Below are positions 1 to 11,900 of a stretch of 64,000 bases of DNA, one piece after another (positions within the stretch are counted from its first letter, which is position 1; each line of letters opens with the position of its first letter). Source of the DNA: Lingula anatina (Eukaryota > Animalia > Brachiopoda); contig CM120643.1 in assembly GCA_051362555.1 (NCBI GenBank), forward strand, positions 21,642,848 to 21,706,847. Reading direction: 5' to 3'. Below the pieces are notes generated by a model. It had not been told where the DNA came from. It did no database searches and saw nothing but the letters and a program-made list of their open reading frames with translations. A program made the translations under genes and the position numbers.

Positions 1-113
1 ATATTACACAATGCAGCAGTGCAACAGACTTGGTAGTCAATTAATTGGTAGCGACATAGGTATACCTTTAAAATTGAAAAAATTGAAACATTCCATATTA
101 AATGTCAAGTCTG

Positions 114-195
114 TATATGATTCAGTTGAACTTTTCTTGTCCTCCAGATTCAAATGAAAGTAAGTTGGCACAGTCTCAAAGTCGAGCCGCTGGCG
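114..195 (+). pseudogene. Isolated ~80-bp fragment of GT32 coding exon 1 upstream of copy 1
   Basis: TATATGATTCAGTTGAACTTTTCTTGTCCTCCAGATTCAAATGAAAGTAAGTTGGCACAG...CGAGCCGCTGGCG matches 724-816 and 7251-7344, with a 12-nt deletion. Confidence 0.85.
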
Positions 196-452
196 ACGAG
201 GCGCCATTACGTAAGAATGGGGTGAAGACCGTGAAATGGTGGCTGCGTCATTACGCCAAATGTAGATATTTTTGTTGTTGATGACTTCAGGGAGGTCGAT
301 ATTTTGTTTTTGATGACGTAAGAGGTCATATATAGTTTTATCACATCTTCTATGCCAATGATGTAATAATTCATGATATACTTATTTAAAATTTATCAAC
401 ACTTTGTATTGTGAACCCGCATGTTAAAAATGAGCCATATTGATTTAGAACA

Positions 453-1955
453 ATGGCGGTGTTTCGAGGACACTTAAGGAGAAGAGTTTTGGTAGTAATT
501 TTGCTTTGTTTAGTGAGCATATGTGTTTGGATGTCGAGGAATTTGAAATCAGTACAGCGTAAAAAGGATGAGCTAAATACGTATCTTCAAAACGCCTTGC
601 CAATCTCTCTGGACCCACGGGCTGCGACTTTACCAAACAATTCGGGAATTCAAACATATTCCTTGTCTAGCACGAGTACCCAAAGATGGTTCAACAGGAC
701 AGTGCCCACGAGGCCATTTTACCATATGATTCAGTTAAACTTTTCTTGTCCTCCAGATTCAAATGAAAGTAAGTTGGCACAGTTACGAAAATCGTCTCAA
801 ACTCGAGCCGCTGGCGTTCCAATAATCCCTAGGATTATACACCAATCATGGAGAAATAAAGATTTGCCAGTGCAATTTGCCAAATGGCAACAAAGTTGGA
901 GAGTTTGCTTTCCCGACTGGGAATTTAAATTCTGGACGGACGAAGATAACCGTTCTTTCATCCACGCACACTACCCCTGGTTCTTAACGACATATGACAG
1001 TTATTCGCACAATATCAAAAGGGCAGACGCTGCGCGTTACTTTTATCTCTATCATTATGGAGGGATTTACGTGGATCTAGATTATGAATGCATCAAACCG
1101 TTTGAACATCTCCTTGTAAAAGACTTAATATTTGAATCAACTGACATACGGCTCGAGGGGAATATGTACCCACGTAATCCATACATCCAAAACTCTCTTA
1201 TGATTTCACGTTCGCGGCACCCTTTCTGGAAACTGGTAATTTAATTTTGTTAAGCAGAAAATCTTTTTTAAAAATGAAATTTAACTCATATTGACTCTTT
1301 TTCTATTTCTTTTCTTTTTTATTGTTTCATTAAAGTTTAAACTCTTAAGTACTGTATTACTATTAAAAAGGGATATCATATAAAATAGAAGCATCCTTTA
1401 AAATATGTCGCTGCTGAACGCACTGGTCCGGTCAAAGTTATATGTGTATGGTGTGTAATAAGAGCATGTTATCCCGCCCATTAGGTATCCCCTGCGTAGG
1501 CATGAATGAATGACTTTGGTTCTTATGTTTTTATTCAGGCGTGTTCCTACTTTTTATTGAAATTTGCTTCAAGATACAGCGTAAAAACAGAATTATATCG
1601 TAAGTCGAGGTCATCATGTAGGCCTACTTTTATACATCTCTTTTTTTTTCAGCTGTGGCAAGATCTACTGACACACACTAAAAAGGCTTTGAAACCTGAC
1701 TTAGCCACAGGTCCAAAAAGACTAATGGCTGCCATAAAAAAATACACCATGTACAACGAAGATTATTTAGTGTACCCTCCTTGCTACTTTAACCCTTTCC
1801 CTTGGGGACAGAATCTAACACACTGCAAGACTCTCAACCGGATGACGGATCAAGAGGTGACTGCATGCAAAGCCCATTATCCGCATGCATACACTATAAC
1901 ATTTCATGCTCAGTCTTGGTTAGCTGGAAAGAAAAATCTCATTTTCACTGATTAG
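453..1955 (+). CDS. GT32-family glycosyltransferase (MIPC synthase SUR1/CSH1-like, DXD motif), copy 1; exons 453-1235 and 1653-1955, ~361 aa type II membrane protein
   Basis: Basic N-tail plus a TM helix; motifs IPRIIHQSW, WTDED, RADAARYFYLYHYGGIYVDLD, ATGP and FHAQSW. Phase-0 intron with GT at 1236 and AG at 1651-1652. Confidence 0.9.
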
Positions 1956-2383
1956 TTTATATTGACAGCGCTTTACTGGAGCCTGGGTCACAGAAGCCTC
2001 ACCAGACAGCCCCCCCCCCCCCCCCCCCCAACATGGTTTAAAAGAAATTTTCTTAAAGATGTCAACATACCCTCTAATCTCCACAATCCTCGCCCTGAAT
2101 TTTTAAAAATAAGACTTTGAACATATAAATGCCATGGTTTTTACAACAATGGGGCTTACACCGCTTTAGTGTGTACTCGCTTTACTAGGATTCTCAAGTA
2201 ACAGACTAACGCATATATATTGCCATCTGATCACGCATCAACGGGCAATAACGGTATCGCGCAGCATGGTTTATAATAAAACATGATGAACTGAAATATC
2301 GTAGTTGTCTATTTCTTATTTCATCTGCCCCCAGTTTGTTCTTGCACAATGTACGTCAATGTTCTGATTTAAATTTCATTCAA

Positions 2384-2789
2384 GAGACCATCAGGGGATT
2401 CGGGTGGCTTGCTGTTTCATTGGGTCAGCCATATTTAATCCGAGGAACAGTTAGTCCGCGGATCATCTGTTCTGAATGCACTCACAGAAAGCAACAACAT
2501 GAGCGCATTCAGAACAAGTTGTTACGCAGACTAACAGATCCGCGGACTAAATATGGCCAACCCACTTAAAAACGTTGCCGCTAATTGCCTGATTGTTTCC
2601 CCACCTCCACACGCGCCTTTAAACTGATTAAATCTCTGCTCCGAGGTTTAATTGCTAGGCCCACGCAGCGATGGTGCGTGTGGAGGTTGTGAGACCATCA
2701 GGGAATTAGCGGCATCGCTTTTAAGTGAGGTCGGCCATATTTAGTCGGTGGATCAGTTGGTCCGCGGATCATCTGGTGTGAATGTGCTC
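2384..2789. mobile_element. Palindromic MITE (2501-2789) plus an adjacent half copy (2384-2483); a related half copy lies at ~3310-3412
   Basis: Termini GAGCGCATTCAGA...TGTGAATGTGCTC with long imperfect inverted arms. The unit GAGACCATCAGGG...GCCATATTTA...CCGCGGATCATCT recurs in alternating orientation. Confidence 0.65.
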
Positions 2790-5165
2790 TAAGAGTGCTT
2801 TCGCTGAATTAGTTTTCTTATAGGTTATTACTGTATGTTCCCAAGGCTGTCGCAAAACGCCTCTGCCCTGCTTCTTCCCGCTTCTCCAATACAAAAATTG
2901 CAGAATCATCCCCCAAGCCGACACAGAAAGGAATTAGAGAATGCCAAACTGCATCATCGTTACCTCATCACGCGCGTGCCGTGGTTGCGACATTACGTAA
3001 GAATGGGGTGCAGACTTTTCGTTAGTTTGCAGGTGAAAATGTTCATGGGGAAATGAGAAAATTAAGAATGTGTATTTTAGCACCTAATGACTCCCCTATG
3101 AACGTTTATTTCCTAAACATGCTCGATTTTAGCCTTAATGTGTTTAGTACAGTAGTATGACGCTTTTAACGCCTAATACACACGCATGTAGGGTGTATAT
3201 GTTTAGCTTTAGGGTTTCAACGATTATGTCCCCCGACCGGTTGCATTGAGACGAGATTTAATTACTGCGCCCCTGCGGGGACGACGCGTGGGGAGGCGTG
3301 AAAGAGGCGGAGAGACCATTACAGGATTAAGTGGTCTTTCTTTCATGTAGGTCCGCCATATTTAGGCCGTGGACCAGCTAGCACTCGGCTCTTCCCATTC
3401 TGAATGGCCCCTATCTCACCACGGCCATCTTTGCCTGTAATATCTATCTATCCATCTTTCTACCTATCTATAACAAGCTACCGTGAAGTATCAACATCAT
3501 TAACTTTACATTTACAGCTGCACTTAATCATCCTTGCGTTACGTGACCTTAAGGAGAAGTTTAATAGAATGTTTTTCTGAAAAACAGGTTGGGAAAATTT
3601 AATAGTTTACTATAGCCACCAAACAACTTTCCCTTTTACTTAAAAGCACCACTTTAAATATTTTGATAAAGTTCGGTGCAGTATTGAAATCTATTTAAGC
3701 TTTTCCGGAAGTAATGAACTATAGAACATCAGGATGATGGTGGGGTATTCAGTGTAATAGTTAATTTAAGCCTTCATTACGTACTAGTTATTTCAGTAAC
3801 GATAGTCCGAAGATTCTACAATTCGTACCGATATAGTCGCCGACTAACCCCAAGCCCAGTTGGGAATTTACAGCTGAATGTGGTTCAAACAACGTAATAA
3901 GTGTTTTGGTTTCTTATAAAAAAGGTATTAAAAGAATTATATAAAGTTTTTTCCAGAATGTTATAAAACGCTAATAAAACTCCACAAGACAACGTTATCA
4001 TAATGTCTTGTAGAAACGGTCTTTGAATATTTTTACAATTATTATAACGTTACTATAATGCCTTTTTTTTGTTTTTGTTAGCTGGGACATTATTTTGCAT
4101 GGAGTTTAAAAGCACGCATAAGTTACCATAACGTCAATAGAATGTTATTCTGTACCGTGGACGCTTAGCTTAAGCCTCGGTCACAACCAGACGCACGAAT
4201 TTCAGGAACGTACGTCCCCTGCGATTTTTGGGTGTTGCGGAGGCCGTGGAGGTCGCAGATTTAGAGTAAAATCTGCCTTGCGAGTCGCAAGGGCTACATG
4301 AGATGTCCTTTCAAGCAGGGACGCTAATTGCAAGGAGCGATGGCCGTGGAAATTGTACTCATTTCTTGAGTTTGTCTTGCTTCCTGTGTACGTGGCACAC
4401 ACTCACCACTTAAGAAGGGAATGCAACGCACGGCAAAAGTAGTGCCCTTTTGCGTCAGTTTTGCTTCACACTTGCATCACACGTTTGTGTGCCTTACTGA
4501 CGGCGTACGTCAGTTTTGCTTCCTGTTCTCCTCTTCTTTCTTCTTCCTCCTCCTTTTTTTCTACTATGTAAGCTTCTTTCTCTTGCCTTTTGGAGGCATA
4601 TTAGAACCTAAGTTGAGCAAAAATTTGAAAATTTTGAAAATTGTTGTACACGTTACACAGTCGACGTTCATTGTAAAGACACGAGCGTGCGTCGTGAGCA
4701 CGCTTTTTATACACCAGGCATGGGGGTGACGCACGTGCGACGCATTCCCGGTGTGCTCTCGACTTTGTTCGTTAGTTGTGAGGGCGTGCACCTTACTCAA
4801 CACGCAAAGGGCGCTTGCCCCTTCATTGCTTGCGACGTGCGTCGGGGGGGGGGGGGGGGGGGGGGGTCAAGATTTGATGGAGAGATGGGGGGGGGGGGCA
4901 GATTTTCATGATAAAATTTTTTTGACTCCGGGAGTCAGATTTTCATGGGAGTCAGATTTTCATGTTACACCGGCAGGATTTGTCAATGTCGCCAATTTGT
5001 TTTTGGTTGGAAGGGTATCACGTGATACGTCAAAAGATGCGCACGGACAGTCATTTGATGTTTTGCCAGTGATTTTACACAGCGCACTTTTCGCGCATGC
5101 GGAGTCGTTTGAATCCTGTGCTGTGCAGACCGTCAAATGGTGGCTGCGTCATTACGTCAAAGGTA

Positions 5166-6175
5166 AAAATTAGTATTAGTATTAGTATCAGATGTCATAT
5201 ATAATCCAAGCTTTCGGCCCCTAGGTTTTCTTTGGGGATTATGAAAAAAAAATGAAAAAAATAAAAAAGCAAACTCCTAGGATACGTGACGTTGGTGATG
5301 TGTTAAAAACACGCGATGTCCAAAAGCGTGCTAAACGTAAACAACGTAACAAAGAAAGAATTAATTATCATTTAGGAAACTATTGTCCCTATTAAGTCCG
5401 TTTTTCAAGGTGTCTAGTGTTCTTATAAATTTCTGTTCGGCGATCCGTCTTTGCCAAGTGTCGTTTAAGTTTCCTTTTAAGAAGGTTACAGTGACGTCTT
5501 TAGCTGAGTGGTTCGGCGTGTTGAAGTGTTGTTCCACTGGCACGAAGAGGGTGTTATAGTGCAGCGATGGTGTCTAATACTGTCTTTTAATTTCTGGCTC
5601 GTTTCTCCGACGTACATTTAATGGCATTATTTACATCTTATCAAATAGATGACGTTCTGGGAGTCGCAAGTGTATTTTCCCCTGGGGATGAGTGTCTTGT
5701 CTCCTGGAGTGATGATGGGGCTGTTAGTGATGCACGGGCAGAGAAGGCACCTTCTATTGTTGCAAGGAAATGTGCCCGTGACGCTGTTATTGTTAACCAG
5801 GTGTTTTTTCAGAGTAGGAGGCTATCTGAAAGAGTCGATAGGTGGAGATGGAAAAATCTCTTTGAGCGTAGTGTCGGAGTCAAAGCTATGCTGCAAATCC
5901 CGCGCTATCTTTTTAAGATGGTAAAGGGCGGGATTAAAAGTGACTACTAAAGGGATGATTTGCGTGTCATACTTCCGTCTTTCAAAAATCTTTTGCAGAT
6001 CTCATAGTTGTTCATTCTTCTTTTCGGGTTCCGAGTTGACCCTTTCGTGTGTGTCCTTTCTTTGGTATTGGAGAAGATATTTTCTTGAGATTCTATTAGC
6101 TTTTTCCATGGTTTCTTTGATCATTTGCGTGTCATACTTCCGTCTTTCAAAAATACCACTGTCTCTATAAAAAAA
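5166..6175 (-). mobile_element. Decayed Penelope-like retroelement (Neptune-type), 3' part: Cys-rich linker and GIY-YIG endonuclease
   Basis: Minus-strand translation GTFPCNNRRCLLCPCI...YTCDSQNVIYLIRC*..MYVGET...PVEQHFN..NH...RRIAEQKFIRTLDTLKNGLNRD, with stops and frameshifts. Confidence 0.88.
5201..5242 (-). ncRNA. Degenerate minimal type I hammerhead ribozyme of the Penelope pLTR
   Basis: Minus strand reads ATAATCC-CCAAAGA-AAACCTAGGGGCC-GAAA-GC-TT-GGATTAT. Stem I is perfect and the GAAA box intact; the CTGANGA box has 2 mismatches. Confidence 0.6.
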
Positions 6176-6193
6176 CAATAGTCTGGTTTCATG

Positions 6194-6428
6194 TATACTG
6201 ACTGTCAATGAAAACGCATCAGAAAACTTTCTTGTACTTTTTTACCGAGAATCGATTCCAACCATATAAACTAGTACAAATGCACTTGTTTGGTCATAAG
6301 AGAGTGGGATGATCACTATTTCATATTTCACATATTTCACACGAAAACTGTTATTTTCTTAATGTGCCAAAGGAACTTAAAATATCATTTGATAAATAAA
6401 TGATGCGTTTTCATTGACTGTCGGTATA
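6194..6428. mobile_element. Small MITE with ~28-bp TIRs in TA context (Tc1/mariner-like)
   Basis: TATACTGACTGTCAATGAAAACGCATCA is inverted with TGATGCGTTTTCATTGACTGTCGGTATA. Confidence 0.6.
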
Positions 6429-6725
6429 TATATCGGAAACCAACGGATCGCTCGGCCTACTTACATCACAACAGCTTTCAACCTTCATACATAAAAAATC
6501 CATTGTATTTTTCCAGACCTTAAGATACAATAGAATCAACTCGGAACCCTAATGATGCGTTTTCATTATTTTTTCCTTAAGATCTATAGATCTACGGTGA
6601 ATTGACATGAATATATCAAAAGTAGATACTGTGGTTTTGATGACGTCAGAGGTTAAATTTTCCTTTATCAAATCCCCGGATATAACATTTTATTCTATCC
6701 CAATCATATAATAATTCATGATTTA

Positions 6726-6897
6726 CAGGGGCGGATCCAGAAATATTTTATGGCAGTTTTCCAAATATGCATATGTTTGTTGATACATCCTCCATATTTG
6801 TCTTCCGACAGAACAAATTTGATGCATTTCATAGTAAACCTGGAAAAATACTGACTGTCGTCCGGAAAAGCCAGTCGACGGCCTCTATCCGCCCCTA
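6726..6897. mobile_element. hAT-like MITE (CAGGGGCGGATCCAG...TATCCGCCCCT) in the promoter of GT32 copy 2
   Basis: TIRs are present; the element is absent at the homologous site of copy 1 (~375-385). Same family at 52181-52449 and ~55765-55923. Confidence 0.75.
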
Positions 6898-6974
6898 CTA
6901 TAGGTATTTATAATTTATCAACACTCAGCATTGTGAACCCGCACTTTACAAATGAGCCATACTGATTTAGAATA

Positions 6975-8645
6975 ATGGCGGTGTTTCGAGGACACTTAGG
7001 GAGTCGAGCTTTGGCAGCAATTTTCATTTGTTTAGTATGCACATATGTTTGGATGTCGAGGAATTTGAAATCAGTACGGAGTAAAAAGGACGAGCTAAAT
7101 ACGCATCTTCAAAACGCCTTGTCAATCTCTTTCGACCCACATGTACGGGCTGTGACTTTACCAAACAACTCCGGCATTCAGACGTATTCCCTGTCTAGCA
7201 CTAGCACCCAAAGATGGTTCAACAGGACAGTGCCCACAAGGCCATTTTACTATATGATTCAGTTGAACTTTTCTTGTCCTCCAGATTCAAATGAAAGTAA
7301 GTTGGCACAGTTACGAAAAACGGCTCAAACTCGAGCCGCTGGCGTTCCAATAATCCCTAGGATTATACACCAATCATGGAGAAATAAAGATTTGCCAGTG
7401 CAATTTGCCAAATGGCAACAAAGTTGGAGAGCTTGTTTTCCTGACTGGGAATTTAAATTCTGGACGGACGAAGATAACCGTGCTTTCATCCACGCACACT
7501 ACCCCTGGTTCTTAACGACATATGACAGTTATTCGCACAATATCAAAAGGGCAGACGCTGCGCGTTACTTTTATCTATATCACTATGGAGGGATTTACGT
7601 GGATCTAGATTATGAATGCATCAAACCGTTTGAACATCTCCTGGTAAAAGACTTAATATTTGAATCAACTGACGTACGGCTCAACAGGAATGTTTACCCA
7701 CACAACCCATACATCCAAAACTCTCTTTTGATTTCACGTTCGCGGCACCCATTCTGGAAACTGGTAATTTAATTTTGTTAAGCAGAAAATCTACTGTTTT
7801 AAAAATTAATTTTAACTTGAATTGACTCTTTTTCTATTTTTTCGTTGCTTTTTAATTGTTTGACTCATAGGATTGGGATTTGCTTATATCAGTAGTGATA
7901 GATAAGGATAAAGGTTTATTTACATATATACACTAGTTTATGATAAGATGCCTATTAACCTGAAGTACAATACTACACCTTTGGTTAAAATGTTAATGGA
8001 TAGACACTGGCTTGAAGAAAAAGTTAAAGGTCAACAATTAAAACAGTGTTTTTCTATTAAAAAGGAATATTATATCAGACAAGCATTTTAAAAACATTTG
8101 GCTGCTGATCGCACTGGCCCAAGTTGTGTGTAGGCCTACATGCTTTGGTGTGTTATTAAATTTTGTCATCTTGTCCATGTGGTATCCCCTGCGTAAGCGT
8201 GAATGAATGGCTTTGTTACTTATGTTTTTATTCAGGCGTGTTCCAACTTTTATGGCAATTTGTTTTAGTAAGATGCATCGTAAAAACAGAATTATATCGT
8301 AAGTCGAGAACATCATGTACCTTCATACTTCTCTTTAATTTTCAGCTGTGGCAAGATCTACTGAGACACTCTAATAGGGCTTTACCTGACACAGCCACAG
8401 GTCCACATAGACTAATGGATGCCATAAAAAAATACACCATGTACCACGAAGATTATTTAGTGTACCCTCCTTGCTACTTTAACCCTTTCCCTTGGGGACA
8501 GAATCTAACATACTGCAAGACTCTCAACCGGATGACGGATCAAGAGGTGACTGCATGCAAAGCCCATTATCCGCATGCATACACTATAACATTTCATACT
8601 CAGTCCTGGAGAGCTGGAAAGAAAAATCTCATTTTCACTGATTAA
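6975..8645 (+). CDS. GT32-family glycosyltransferase, copy 2; exons 6975-7763 and 8346-8645, ~362 aa
   Basis: Near-identical paralog of 453-1955 with the same motifs and the same phase-0 intron (GT 7764, AG 8344-8345). Confidence 0.9.
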
Positions 8646-8895
8646 AGTTTATATTGTTAGCGCTTTAGTAGGGTCTGGGTCACAGAGCACCCCCCCCCCC
8701 TTAGACCCCCCTCCCCCCCAGCGTTTTTATTTTGAAATATTTTCTTATACATGTCAACATACCCTCTAATCTCCATACTCTCCGCCCCGAATTTTTTAAT
8801 AAGACTCAGTAAATAAATACACTGGTTTTACTACAATGGGGCTTACATCGCTTTAATGTGCACTTGCTTAACTTGGATTCTCAAGCAACATGCTA

Positions 8896-8941
<46 letters not shown>

Positions 8942-11900
8942 CCAACTGAAAGTAAATGTTTAATGAAACAATTCAGATTATCAAAATTGCAGTTTTTATT
9001 ATCACGCATCAAAAGGCAATAACGGTATCGGGGAGCGCGGCTTAATAAAACATAATGAATTGAAATATCGTAGTCGTTGGTTTCTATTTCTTATACCCTG
9101 TAGATTGATGGTACACTGTAATATTACATCCGATGATTGAGTTTGAGGGTAATTTTTATCTGCTCCCACTTTGTTGTCGCACAATGTACGTCAATGTTCC
9201 GAGTTAAAGTTCATTAAAATTGAAAATGATATGAAATACCTGTCATATGAATCAAAGACTACCCCTATGGTTGTGGCAACTGTGGCAATAGCTTAAAAAA
9301 TTTATTTTTGTGACAGTACCGAATATATACCCATACAATATATAAATATGAATATATACTTGTTATTATAGGTTCATCCCTGTCGGCTGACAGTCACCAG
9401 TTTTACCTTTAGTTATATAATAACTTATTTCTTACCTGGAAGCAGTTAATGCCAAACCTCGTAGTACCGCTGTGAAAATCTGCGAAGCCTTGAGGCCGGA
9501 AAAAGTACAATCACTCATTTTCCCAATTCATACCATTTTAACCTTAGATTTTCTTAAATCGCGCAGTGGAATAAAGTGTAGATAGCGTGTATTGTTAGTA
9601 TTGCGTAAACAGTTCCCGTGAGACTCCAGTTGTCGCTTGTCACGGTTGTAGATAATTGCAATGTGCGGGAGACTTGATTTGGTGATTAGTTGCTGATGTA
9701 GATGAATAGTAAAAATAGAGTAAAGATATGGCGCCAATGATGAACTTTTTAACAAAGTGGATGGCTCATCCATTTGACGAAAACTAATTTTAAGTGACTG
9801 TGACTTCTCACCTGCAGGTTACGATGCAGCAGCCTCAAACGATCTTTCTATGATCATCGCAGTATAATTACTTTGCTATGATCGCCGTTTCAATGAAGCT
9901 GAAACTAGACTCGTCCACCTTGAAAGAAAAGTGATTGAAATTGCTGATAAACAAGCTTATTTTGTCTATTTCGTGTCATTCCTTAACTTCAACGCAAATC
10001 TAGAGAAATACAAGCGATAGATATGATAATGTGCCAGACTTGTAGGGAAAGGTTATAGATACTGGTATTTGTCGGTGAAAATTCACAAAATGTACAATGT
10101 GGGGAGTCCGGGATTCCTTCGTCGTTTGGGACTAGCAATACATAAATCAAGTGAATGCGCTCATGTCACTAAAATTATTTAAATGATTTATAAACATTAA
10201 ATTAATAATTATATTATCAATATGAAAATACTACCGATAAAGCAGAGGCTGTATTCAAGGGCCTACCGAGGCCTTCAGTAGTAAAAGCAGTGATTCTTTT
10301 GACTACCAGTAAGAAACCACAGCCTATCTTATAGTTTATTTTTCACGCAACAACTATTTAATGTTCATTTGAAAAAGTCGTAGGATGAACCTCCGATGAT
10401 TTGTACACAAATTAAAAAATTACTATAATATAGGTAAACTTGAGGTCTACATGCAGTGGGCATATACAACTAGTGATGCAGCATTTTACTGATAGAGCAC
10501 AAAATTAATTTACTATTTTTTTTCAAAGTGCCTGCCGCTCAGAGATATCTGAACACATCCACTCATTGACCTAACCATCCAGTTCAGCTTATTAAAAAAA
10601 TGTAAAAATTAACAACGGCTGATGTCTACCACAGCAGTGGAGATGCTTAATTAATCCCAATTGTAAAGCGCGTTTTCGTTTAACAGCACCCTCCGTTACA
10701 TATGGTACTGGAATTTCACCTCTTCACTACCAGCGCCATGTCTCTGCATGAACGTTGATGTGTTTATAGCAGACGGGTGACTTGTGACACTACATGTATC
10801 TACTGAAACTGAAGTCCCTGTTACAGAGAGCTTGTGACCGCGCGCTCGGCGAACAAAACTCGGCCCAATCTTACAAAAAGCTAACAATAAACAAATAAAT
10901 AAAAAGAAATAAAAATAGAAAAAAAAAAAATAAAGTAATAAATTAATGCAGCTTTTTAATTTTTTTATTATTTTTATTTATTATTTTATATTATTATTAA
11001 GTTCATTAACATCAACGATACATGAATTTGATGTTCACTATCAAATATTGCCATAACCCGGAGTTTCGACGAAAACCAATCACCAGCTAGCACCGATTTA
11101 GACCTAAAATGAGTGAAACTGACAATTTACACTTGACCACATCGTGTGCAGAAGAGAGTGGGGTGGTGAAAAAAAGGCAACAAAAGGGGGAGTATAAAGG
11201 CTAAAGTATAAAGATATTACTATATTGCAGTGATATTTATGTCATATAAAAAGATACGAGGGAAATCTATATTTCAAAAGTACGTAGGTCTCTAATGTGT
11301 CGATCCCTTCTAACCCACAGCCAGATATGCAGTCGAGAAACTAACTCGATCTGTTAATCGCATATAAGTGCAAGCGCAGCCGATAACAAAAGCTCGTATA
11401 CTTTTAAAAAATTAACAATAAATAAAATAATAAATGAATAAATAAATGAATAAATATTGTCAGTGCTGGTGTTTTGTTGTATCGCATTTGCAAATGTCCC
11501 AATTGTTTACGTCTAAATATCTCGCAATACAAAGCTATTTCTGTTCAAACTATATCCTGTTTATCCCCAACAAATGTATTGCGTTCCAGCTTCAAATTAA
11601 TACCCCCCCCCCCCCCCCCACAAAAAAATGCCAATTAAAATACTTGATGTCGACATTTTCTTCTGAAATGTCAGGAAGAATTGGAGGTCTAAATCAGTCA
11701 TGGTTCTGAATTTTGTTGAGAGTATAGGGAAGGGGGTCTGGTAATGACTGGCAGGATAAATTGCTTTTAATATAAATAAAAAAGAAGGACTGAGGCAGGG
11801 TGGGGGATTCCCTTCGCATTTACATCCTTATCCGGCTCCTCTCGTTAAGCTTTTGCACAAGCGTGTGCAAGATTGGAATACACTTATATTAACTAATTCT

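Noticed and set aside
1506-1955. ORF-track proteins 1506-1955 and 8163-8645 as separate genes
   Set aside because: Their N-terminal parts are intron read-through; the true exons begin at acceptors 1653 and 8346.
4421-5173. Overlapping 70-140 aa ORFs, including MPPKGKRKKLT and poly-Gly
   Set aside because: They lie in repeat-derived, G-run-rich sequence with no recognisable domain or splice structure.
10696-10887. Possible minus-strand exon (acceptor-like site, GC-richer)
   Set aside because: No recognisable homology and no partner exons found.
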